In this document: positions 57,163-64,000 of the stretch, one piece after another
Layout: each line of letters opens with the position of its first letter
Numbering within the stretch: position 1 is the stretch's first letter
Origin: a phage
Direction: 5' to 3' (one strand)
DNA length: 64,000 nucleotides
Sequence record: PZ583738.1
Translations under genes and position numbers: made by a program
Notes under the pieces: model-generated
Database searches by the model: none
What the model saw: only the letters and a program-made list of their open reading frames with translations
Told to the model about the DNA's origin: nothing

Positions 57163-57276
57163 ATTGAATTATATTATGGATACTATAAATGATATGGTTT
57201 TTCATTTTGGTCCAGAATTTTATTCGCAGTATAGTTTAGTGCTTATCAATGCTTGGTTAATCAATTAAGGGTAAAT

Positions 57277-57492
57277 ATGGATAAATTTAGAAATGCTGTT
57301 TCTGATATCCTGGCCAATATTACATTTGTCCTGTTTGTTGTGTGCCTTTTAATCCTGGTCATCCCATTTGGATTGCTGTTTGTGATGATTGGTGCCCTGA
57401 GTACTGAAAAGGGCCTTGAAGGGTCTGAGTTCGACAAACGAATCCAGGCTGTCCATAGTGTTATTGCTAAAATGATGAAGGTGAAAGAATGA
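57277..57492 (+). CDS. small membrane protein
   Basis: 71 aa from ATG 57277; one transmembrane helix. Confidence 0.4.
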   Translation: MDKFRNAVSDILANITFVLFVVCLLILVIPFGLLFVMIGALSTEKGLEGSEFDKRIQAVHSVIAKMMKVKE

Positions 57493-57788
57493 AACGTTTT
57501 GAAGAATATGTAGCTACTAATTGGACCGCATGGGACAAGTTCGGTGATGAATGGTACTTCCATGACTGCGACCTGAACCCGGAATTCTTTGTCGGTAAGG
57601 AAGAAGACCTTAAAGACATCTATGCTCTATCAGAGATTCATGGAATCAAACCGACGGTTTATTTCTCTTTCGATGACACGGGTTTCCTTATTCAGGTTTA
57701 TGTTCCATACAAAACCGTTGATGATGAAGAAGTTATTAAAACCTGGAACTACCAAGGAGTGATTTCCTGTGGGCCAAAACTCGACTAA
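57489..57788 (+). CDS. hypothetical protein
   Basis: 99 aa. Confidence 0.5.
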   Translation: MKRFEEYVATNWTAWDKFGDEWYFHDCDLNPEFFVGKEEDLKDIYALSEIHGIKPTVYFSFDDTGFLIQVYVPYKTVDDEEVIKTWNYQGVISCGPKLD

Positions 57789-58086
57789 GATTGAAATCTA
57801 TGGTATCCCCGAAGAAGTCGGTCGATGCCCTGGTTGTATGCACGTCAGGAGCCTTCTGGGCTCCTTAAACCTTCCCTATACATTCTATTCAGTCCTTAAC
57901 AAACAAGGCTCTGAAATCGCTTATGACAGGCCTTTAATCGTGTCTCTTGCTAAGCGTGCTGGATATCCTACCCTTAACATTCGTTACCCGGTGATTTTTG
58001 TCAATGATGAAAAAATGACCAATATTCCTGCCTTTAAAACAAAACTGATATCCCTGGGGTATGACCAGGACTTAATTGAAGATTAA
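57769..58086 (+). CDS. glutaredoxin-like protein (NrdH-like)
   Basis: 105 aa; KIEIYGIPEEVGRCPGCMH has thioredoxin-fold CPGC active site; apparent GTG start with SD AAGGAG. Confidence 0.6.
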   Translation: MGQNSTKIEIYGIPEEVGRCPGCMHVRSLLGSLNLPYTFYSVLNKQGSEIAYDRPLIVSLAKRAGYPTLNIRYPVIFVNDEKMTNIPAFKTKLISLGYDQDLIED

Positions 58087-58092
58087 AAAGGG

Positions 58093-58128
58093 GTGTACAA
58101 GCTCCTTTGAATGATGTATCATTATCCC
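58093..58128 (+). promoter_or_regulatory. early promoter with stem-loop (PeSL-like cassette)
   Basis: -35 GTGTAC, 18-nt spacer, -10 TATCAT inside palindrome AATGAT-GT-ATCATT; leader TATCCCATCAACCACTGA. Confidence 0.5.
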
Positions 58129-58153
58129 ATCAACCACTGATGAGGAAAACATA

Positions 58154-58336
58154 ATGACTATTAACGGTAAAGAAATTAAAGTTAACCAGTATTATTCGGT
58201 AAATGGCCATGTGGTCCAAGTAACTCAATTATCAAGTCTGGATGTATGGTATCGCATTTTGGGTTGGCCTGATGCACCCTTGATGGTATGTGACCGTGGT
58301 GTATTTTGTTCAGTAGCTAAGGAAATTAAATTATGA
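58154..58336 (+). CDS. hypothetical small protein
   Basis: 60 aa; SD GAGGAAAA. Confidence 0.45.
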   Translation: MTINGKEIKVNQYYSVNGHVVQVTQLSSLDVWYRILGWPDAPLMVCDRGVFCSVAKEIKL

Positions 58337-58587
58337 GCCTGAAATTACATTCAATGAAAAATGTCGCCACCCTTAATCTTGATGATGAGCGCCTGATTTT
58401 TATCACCGTCACTGATAAGAATATTGAAATTGCAAATGGTCCTAAGACTTATTGTTGCCCAGTGAAGAATTGGAAACATGTAACCTTTTTGACCCTGGGT
58501 GACCGTCTGAAAGACCTTAAGTTGGATTTGGATGTCAAAGATATCCAGTACATTAAAAATCTTATTGGATACAAACTGCTGAGGTAA
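58333..58587 (+). CDS. hypothetical small protein
   Basis: 84 aa; ATGA overlap. Confidence 0.45.
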   Translation: MSLKLHSMKNVATLNLDDERLIFITVTDKNIEIANGPKTYCCPVKNWKHVTFLTLGDRLKDLKLDLDVKDIQYIKNLIGYKLLR

Positions 58588-58589
58588 CT

Positions 58590-58883
58590 ATGGGTAAAAC
58601 TATTCGTCGCAAAGAATTGTCTGTAAAAGATTTTTATTATTCAGGACGCCGTCAGGCACCTGATGGTGTAAGTCAGGAACAAGTTGAAGAAAATATCTTC
58701 CGTTCAGACAAATGGAAGCGTATGCGTGGTGTTGATTCTGAAGTTAAGAATGAAATGAATCGCCAGCTTCGTAAAGAAGTTCGTCAGTTGAAAAAAGATG
58801 TATACGTTGAGGATGATTTGGATTATAATACTTCTCATCTTGTTGCAAAACGTAAATCAAACGAGTGCTATCGTTACAGCTGA
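58590..58883 (+). CDS. hypothetical basic protein
   Basis: 97 aa; SD GAGG. Confidence 0.5.
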   Translation: MGKTIRRKELSVKDFYYSGRRQAPDGVSQEQVEENIFRSDKWKRMRGVDSEVKNEMNRQLRKEVRQLKKDVYVEDDLDYNTSHLVAKRKSNECYRYS

Positions 58884-58890
58884 GGAAAAC

Positions 58891-59022
58891 ATGAATATCA
58901 AACGAATGCTTTTTAAACAAGGATTATACGCTTTAAATTCTGCTCCAAAAGGCGATACAACTAAGTGGTCAGTAAATGACTGGATTAAATTTATTGATGA
59001 AAACGGTAACTGGAAAATTTAA
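58891..59022 (+). CDS. hypothetical very small protein
   Basis: 43 aa from ATG 58891 with SD GAGGAAAA. Confidence 0.3.
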   Translation: MNIKRMLFKQGLYALNSAPKGDTTKWSVNDWIKFIDENGNWKI

Positions 59023-59220
59023 ATGAATCCTGAATCTAAATTATCACAGCGAATTGCTGAATCTCGTCGTCAGTTCTTTGAAAATATGATAGCTCAAGGT
59101 ATTGATGATGAAGTTTTTCTGAACTGGTTTTGGAATCACAAATATTCAAGTTGCTCGGGGGCTTTGTTAATTTCCGCCGCAATGATGTACGAAGGCTGGA
59201 AAGGTGCTAAAGCGCAGTAA
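59023..59220 (+). CDS. hypothetical small protein
   Basis: 65 aa; TAAATG junction. Confidence 0.45.
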   Translation: MNPESKLSQRIAESRRQFFENMIAQGIDDEVFLNWFWNHKYSSCSGALLISAAMMYEGWKGAKAQ

Positions 59221-59292
59221 AAACCAACGGGGCCATGGTATAATGACCCCAGGATAATAAAATTTTAATTTAATGAGACTGAGGAATATATC

Positions 59293-59619
59293 ATGACTGC
59301 ATCTATCACTAACATCATCGCTAATTTCGCATTTGCTAAAGTTAACACTCTGATGAAATCTGGTTTTGTTACCCCTGAGATTCTGGACCAGTGGGAAGGC
59401 GATGTACAGAAACTGATTATTGCAGAAGGTCAGACAATGGGTAAAGCGCGTATTCGTGAAAGCCTTGTCCAGTATATCCTGAACGAATTTGATGTAGTAG
59501 CGTTTGGTCTGCCGCTTCTGCGCGAAAACAAAGAAGTTTCTGATAAAGCTATCAAGCGTATGAAGTCCCAGCGCAAGAAAGGTTTTGTTGACCTGAAAAT
59601 TGTTAAGGGTGCGAAATGA
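59293..59619 (+). CDS. hypothetical protein
   Basis: 108 aa; SD GAGGAA; TATAAT preceded by GGGG..CCCC inverted repeat upstream. Confidence 0.5.
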   Translation: MTASITNIIANFAFAKVNTLMKSGFVTPEILDQWEGDVQKLIIAEGQTMGKARIRESLVQYILNEFDVVAFGLPLLRENKEVSDKAIKRMKSQRKKGFVDLKIVKGAK

Positions 59620-59864
59620 ATAATTTACCAGAAGGTGTATCAGCCATAATCGTCCTTAAAGCTTTATCTGGTTTCCAACGTACATCTATGATGGTTAATA
59701 GTGAAACTATTATAAAAGAGGCTAAGAGGCTACGTGGAAGTCATTATGATTTCAGGATACTTCCTATAAGCTCTAAGACCACTTATATGAAAATGCCTGA
59801 CCCTAAAATAGCTTGGGCGGAAGGCATGACATTAGACGAATTCCTGGACTACTTAAATGATTAA
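59616..59864 (+). CDS. hypothetical small protein
   Basis: 82 aa; ATGA overlap. Confidence 0.45.
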   Translation: MNNLPEGVSAIIVLKALSGFQRTSMMVNSETIIKEAKRLRGSHYDFRILPISSKTTYMKMPDPKIAWAEGMTLDEFLDYLND

Positions 59865-59897
59865 AATAAAACTCTCTAATTACGATAAAAACTGGAA

Positions 59898-60122
59898 ATG
59901 ATTACTATGAAAGAAGAACTCCTGAATGATGTACGTCTGGCGGGTTATGCAGTTCAATTTAATGATGTTGGTGTTCTCCAGATTGAAGGTGACCACTTTA
60001 TTATTGAATATGAATTCCATCAGTATTGGTTGTATGCCAAAGATGAAGTAGGTGGGATTGATTATGTTGACCAGTTTGATAAGCTTGACGATGTTTTAGA
60101 AGCTGCTCAGATGGTGTACTGA
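59898..60122 (+). CDS. hypothetical small acidic protein
   Basis: 74 aa. Confidence 0.45.
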   Translation: MITMKEELLNDVRLAGYAVQFNDVGVLQIEGDHFIIEYEFHQYWLYAKDEVGGIDYVDQFDKLDDVLEAAQMVY

Positions 60123-60388
60123 TGCACATCAATCATACAATGATATCCGTCCAGGACCTGGGAACGTTTTGGGTGGATGAATTTATGAAAATAACATTCT
60201 TCCCGCACGCAGAAGGGTATGGCTCTTGGGAGTCCCATATCGGTATGCTGAATGAAGGGCAATACCGCAACGAACATGACCGCCTGATGGAATTCATTAG
60301 CGATGCCGAGGTTATTCCTTATATTGACATTCATGAATTTAAGGCAATTATGGAGAAGGTCTTTCAGGCTTACTGTTTACTTCGCTAA
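60122..60388 (+). CDS. hypothetical small protein
   Basis: 88 aa; ATGA-type overlap. Confidence 0.45.
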   Translation: MHINHTMISVQDLGTFWVDEFMKITFFPHAEGYGSWESHIGMLNEGQYRNEHDRLMEFISDAEVIPYIDIHEFKAIMEKVFQAYCLLR

Positions 60389-60413
60389 TGCTTTGTATTA
60401 AGGATGATATAAT
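60389..60413 (+). promoter_or_regulatory. middle promoter (MotA box TGCTTTG + -10 TATAAT) upstream of gene 55
   Basis: AATGCTTTG then 14 nt then TATAAT, 24 nt before gene 55 ATG. Confidence 0.4.
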
Positions 60414-60436
60414 ATTCATATACTAAGCGAGGCGAT

Positions 60437-60994
60437 ATGAACGAAATTAAATTAACCAAGAATAACTATGTAAATAATAAAGAGCTTCTGAAAGCTATTT
60501 CGGAGTGGAAACAGAAGCTGAATGCGAACACCGACCCGAATAAAATTATTCGCCAGAACGATGTTATTGGTCTGGCAATTATGCTTATAGCCGAAGGTCT
60601 TAGCAAACGTTTCAACTTCTCCGGATATACCCAATCCTGGAAGCAAGAAATGATTGCAGACGGAATTGAGGCCGCAATAAAAGGTCTTCATAACTTCGAC
60701 GAAACAAAATACGATAATCCACATGCTTACATAACAATGGCTTGCTTCAATGCTTTCGTTCAGCGTATCAAAAAAGAACGTAAAGAAATGGCAAAGAAAT
60801 ATAGCTACTTCGTTCATAACGTGTATGATTCACGTGACGACGATATGGTGGCTCTGGCTGATGAAACATTTATCCAGGACATCTATGACAAAATGACACA
60901 GTACGAATCCTCTTTAGTTAAAGCGCCAGGGTCTGATAAGAGCGCCAAAGATAAAGAAGGTGATTTGGATTTTTTATATGGAACATCAATTTGA
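60437..60994 (+). CDS. 55: late transcription sigma factor gp55
   Basis: 185 aa; [75 protein letters not shown] nearly identical to T4 gp55. Confidence 0.95.
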   Translation: MNEIKLTKNNYVNNKELLKAISEWKQKLNANTDPNKIIRQNDVIGLAIMLIAEGLSKRFNFSGYTQSWKQEMIADGIEAAIKGLHNFDETKYDNPHAYITMACFNAFVQRIKKERKEMAKKYSYFVHNVYDSRDDDMVALADETFIQDIYDKMTQYESSLVKAPGSDKSAKDKEGDLDFLYGTSI

Positions 60995-61211
60995 TATTAC
61001 CGATTTTTTAGATAAAATCGAGGAAGACTTTACTGCGCTCCCATATTTCATTAAACTTTATCTGCGAGACATAAAAGGTCTTCCAATTGATATCGACCCT
61101 TTAAACGTCCGGAATTTGGAATTTACTTCGCCGGATAATAACGTTGATTACCGTTATCATGTGGATAATGCTAATCTATATTTTACAATTGAGTTAACTC
61201 CCAAGGATTAA
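60978..61211 (+). CDS. hypothetical small protein
   Basis: 77 aa from ATG 60978; overlaps end of gene 55 by 17 nt. Confidence 0.4.
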   Translation: MEHQFDITDFLDKIEEDFTALPYFIKLYLRDIKGLPIDIDPLNVRNLEFTSPDNNVDYRYHVDNANLYFTIELTPKD

Positions 61212-61212
61212 T

Positions 61213-61524
61213 ATGCAAGCTCCAGATATTTCTCAACTGACCGATAAGCAGATTGAAGAAGCACAGGAACGTCTCGAAGAAGCGAACGCGCTCGAAGCAA
61301 CCAGTCAAGCAGCAAAGATTCTGAAAAAGAATGCTCGTGAAATTGCACGACTGAATAAGCATGCTCAAGGGGCGGTGCTGGAAAACAATTTTGAAGCATA
61401 CAAATATGCTTTAGTTAAACTGCGTGGAATTTACCGCCAACCAGTTACGGAAGACCTGATTAAGTTGATGTGGGAAACTACTCGCAAACAAATTTGGGAA
61501 ATCGTAAATGGCATTAGTAAATAA
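61213..61524 (+). CDS. hypothetical coiled-coil protein
   Basis: 103 aa. Confidence 0.5.
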   Translation: MQAPDISQLTDKQIEEAQERLEEANALEATSQAAKILKKNAREIARLNKHAQGAVLENNFEAYKYALVKLRGIYRQPVTEDLIKLMWETTRKQIWEIVNGISK

Positions 61525-61708
61525 ACCTTTTAAACGGCTTCTTGTTGGAGCCGCTTTCAGACTTCGCTCATACGGTAATATCTGTATCAAGCAGACCGAA
61601 ACCGAATATAAAATGGTTGGGCAGTATTCTGATGGTATTTTTCAGATTGAGCCCGTGGCCAAGGTTTGGGTGGATTCACATCAACTTAAGAAGTGGTGGC
61701 AGCGATGA
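61508..61708 (+). CDS. hypothetical small protein
   Basis: 66 aa. Confidence 0.45.
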   Translation: MALVNKPFKRLLVGAAFRLRSYGNICIKQTETEYKMVGQYSDGIFQIEPVAKVWVDSHQLKKWWQR

Positions 61709-61789
61709 ATATCGGTTGCTTTGAAGACGAACACCCGGATTTTTAAACTTATGAATGACGAATACGAAAAAGTTTAAGAGGCTATATGA

Positions 61790-61963
61790 ATGACGAATTC
61801 GACGGATTTTGATAAGATTAAATCTGACAAAAATGAGATGATACTTCAATTTGAAGCCGCTCGTATTAAAGCAGAAAATGAAGGTACTATTACCCATAAG
61901 AAAATCAAGTTCAAGTCTAATCGCGAACCTCTGTATGGTGTATTAATTGGAAAGGAAGCCTAG
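61790..61963 (+). CDS. hypothetical small protein
   Basis: 57 aa; stop codon lies in loop of following terminator. Confidence 0.35.
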   Translation: MTNSTDFDKIKSDKNEMILQFEAARIKAENEGTITHKKIKFKSNREPLYGVLIGKEA

Positions 61964-61978
61964 TGCTTCCTTTTTTGC
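61954..61978 (+). terminator. rho-independent terminator
   Basis: GGAAGC-CTAGT-GCTTCC hairpin followed by TTTTTT. Confidence 0.7.
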
Positions 61979-62020
61979 TTTATATTCGGGATGATAAAAT
62001 GAACCAACTGAGGAGAGTAT

Positions 62021-62164
62021 ATGGAATTATTTTTAGGATATGTCGTGTTATTCATGGCATTCTACACATTCACACGAGCTTGTTGGATAGGATTCTTTTC
62101 TACTCCTGACGGGTTCATTTCAATAATTTTATTTTGCATTGCGATAATGGCGCTTGGCTTATGA
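62021..62164 (+). CDS. small membrane peptide
   Basis: 47 aa; SD GAGGAG; two hydrophobic segments; ATGA overlap with gene 47. Confidence 0.3.
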   Translation: MELFLGYVVLFMAFYTFTRACWIGFFSTPDGFISIILFCIAIMALGL

Positions 62165-63180
62165 AAATTTTAAATTTAGGTGATTGGCACTTAGGTGTCA
62201 AAGCTGACGACCCATGGGCTCAAAACATTCAACGTGATGGTATTTTACAGGCGATTGCATATTCTAAGGCGAATGGAATTAAAGTCTGGATTCAATATGG
62301 TGATATCTTTGACGTCCGTAAGGCCGTAACGCATAAGACGATGGAATTCAGTCGCGAGATTATGGAACTCCTTCGTGAAGCAGGAATTACTATGCACACG
62401 ATAGTCGGGAACCATGACATGAATCTGAAGAATAAGATTCATCCTAATGCTATCACCGAACTCCTGAATAAGTATGACCATGTTAAAATCTACGACAAGC
62501 CAACGACTGTTGATTTTGACGGCTGTCAGATTGATATGATTCCATGGATGTGTGACGAGAACGCGACTGACATTCATCAACACATCAAAACTTCTGGTGC
62601 TGAATATTGCATTGGTCACTGGGAATTGTCCGGGTTTTATTTCTATAAAGGATTGAAATCCCACGGGCTTGAGCCTGATTTCCTTAAGAAGTACAAGCAA
62701 GTTTGGTCTGGACACTTCCATACCATTTCAGAAGCTGCAAACGTTAAGTACATAGGGACACCATGGACATTAACAGCAGGTGATGAGAATGACCCTCGTG
62801 GGTTTTGGGAATTTGACACCGAAACCGAAGAGATGAAATTTATTCCGAATGAAACCACCTGGCATCGGAAGATTTTCTATCCAAACGAAACTATTAACTA
62901 CGACGACTTTAAAGACTTATCAGTCCGTGTTATTGTAGAAAAAGTCGATAAAGACCTGACCAAGTTTGAATCTGAATTAGAAAAGCGCGTGCATGATTTG
63001 CGTGTGGTCAATAAGGTTGACAATAGTGTTGATACGACTGACTCCGAAGAAGAGTTAGACATAAAACGCTTAACTGATATGATGGCAGAATATATCGATG
63101 CATTACCTGATGCCAATGAGAAAGAATCAAAAGCTCTCAAAGCATTGGCCAACAAATTATATCTTGAGGTGCAACCGTGA
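62161..63180 (+). CDS. 47: recombination endonuclease subunit gp47 (Mre11-like)
   Basis: 339 aa from ATG 62161; MKILNLGDWHLG phosphoesterase motif I, GNHDM motif; length equals T4 gp47. Confidence 0.9.
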   Translation: MKILNLGDWHLGVKADDPWAQNIQRDGILQAIAYSKANGIKVWIQYGDIFDVRKAVTHKTMEFSREIMELLREAGITMHTIVGNHDMNLKNKIHPNAITELLNKYDHVKIYDKPTTVDFDGCQIDMIPWMCDENATDIHQHIKTSGAEYCIGHWELSGFYFYKGLKSHGLEPDFLKKYKQVWSGHFHTISEAANVKYIGTPWTLTAGDENDPRGFWEFDTETEEMKFIPNETTWHRKIFYPNETINYDDFKDLSVRVIVEKVDKDLTKFESELEKRVHDLRVVNKVDNSVDTTDSEEELDIKRLTDMMAEYIDALPDANEKESKALKALANKLYLEVQP

Positions 63181-63440
63181 GACTTTACGATTTTAATGAA
63201 GCGGGGCTTGAGCATATCCGCGAATGTGATGTGGTTGACGACGATAATCAACCGAATACTATTAAGTATTGGTTTGAAGCTATCACCGACCGGGAAACCG
63301 GTCAACTTATCAAAGTCTATGTAGTCACCGATTGGGCCGTAGAATTTAGCTTTAATGTAATGGAAGATGATACTCCAGAGACATTAATTCATATGGCTGA
63401 ATCATGCATCAAGGATGCTTATTATGATGAAGACTTTTGA
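63177..63440 (+). CDS. hypothetical small acidic protein (46.1 position)
   Basis: 87 aa; apparent GTG start overlapping gene 47 stop. Confidence 0.4.
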   Translation: MRLYDFNEAGLEHIRECDVVDDDNQPNTIKYWFEAITDRETGQLIKVYVVTDWAVEFSFNVMEDDTPETLIHMAESCIKDAYYDEDF

Positions 63441-63633
63441 ATTTAATCTTGATGATGAATTTGTAGCAAATATTGATTATACCGAAGAAAATTCTAGATA
63501 TGTCGGAATAATTTATATCACATCAAAAACGGCGCAGGGAGTGGTTTGCATGGCTGAATTTGATGAATGCTTTTTAGATTATGATGATATGATAGAATGG
63601 TCTAAAAGATACATTAAAAGGAATCTTTTGTGA
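63415..63633 (+). CDS. hypothetical small protein (46.2 position)
   Basis: 72 aa. Confidence 0.4.
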   Translation: MLIMMKTFEFNLDDEFVANIDYTEENSRYVGIIYITSKTAQGVVCMAEFDECFLDYDDMIEWSKRYIKRNLL

Positions 63634-64000
63634 AGACTTTTAAGCTTAAGAAAGTTATCTATAAAAATATTATGTCGGTTGGTGCTCAACCGATTACTGT
63701 TGAACTGGATAAAGTCCAGAAAACTCTGGTCACCGGCAAGAATGGCGCGGGTAAATCTACGTTCCTTGAAGCGGTTACCTTTGCTATGTTCGGTAAGCCT
63801 TTCCGTGATGTAAAGAAAGGCCAGTTGATTAACTCGAGCAACAAAAAAGATATGCTCGTTGAATTGTGGATGGAATATGATGGAAAAGAATACTATATCA
63901 AACGCGGGCAAAAACCCAATGTTTTTGAAATCTCTTGTGGCGGTAAACGTCTTGATGAATCTGCCAGCAGTAAAGACTTCCAAGCGGAATTTGAACAGCT
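63630..64000 (+). CDS. 46: recombination endonuclease subunit gp46 (Rad50-like ATPase), N-terminal part, truncated by window end
   Basis: Walker A LVTGKNGAGKSTFLEA; KTFKLKKVIYKNIMSVG..ELWMEYDGKEYYIKRGQKPNVFEI closely matches T4 gp46 N-terminus; apparent GTG start; frame open to window end. Confidence 0.85.
   Translation, partial: MKTFKLKKVIYKNIMSVGAQPITVELDKVQKTLVTGKNGAGKSTFLEAVTFAMFGKPFRDVKKGQLINSSNKKDMLVELWMEYDGKEYYIKRGQKPNVFEISCGGKRLDESASSKDFQAEFEQ

Overview
This window is a contiguous piece of a T4-like (Tevenvirinae-type) myovirus genome; assignments rest on protein-level resemblance to phage T4 as recalled from memory, with no database search run. Positions 1-18227 (minus strand) carry the late neck/baseplate module: gene 14 fragment, 13, wac, 12, 11, 10, 9, 8, 7, 6, 5.4, 5.1, 5 and 53, with two GIY-YIG homing endonuclease insertions, TATAAATA late promoters and UUCG-tetraloop terminators. 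From 18276 onward (plus strand) lie genes 4, 2, 3, 1, 57A, 57B, then a hyperplastic accessory region (about 22986-37655) built from repeated early-promoter/stem-loop cassettes, containing eight internal-protein-like genes with capsid-targeting N-termini, two tRNAs (CAU and UCU anticodons), nudE, lysozyme e and denV. Further right are a regB-like gene, a secreted SLT-like protein, a macrodomain protein, tk, rI, a pol-beta-type nucleotidyltransferase, nrdC, an HNH endonuclease, gene 49, nrdD, nrdG, a nrdH-like glutaredoxin, gene 55, gene 47 and the start of gene 46. The most interesting candidates are the expanded set of capsid-targeted small proteins, a tandem four-gene family ending in WVSSSxEC, and a paralogous pair sharing a C-terminal domain, macrodomain and nucleotidyltransferase genes of unknown role, and an Acb1-like 57B. 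No CRISPR array, integrase or recognisable complete defence operon was seen. ORF-track starts using non-ATG codons were moved to in-frame ATGs where an SD-like sequence supported it.
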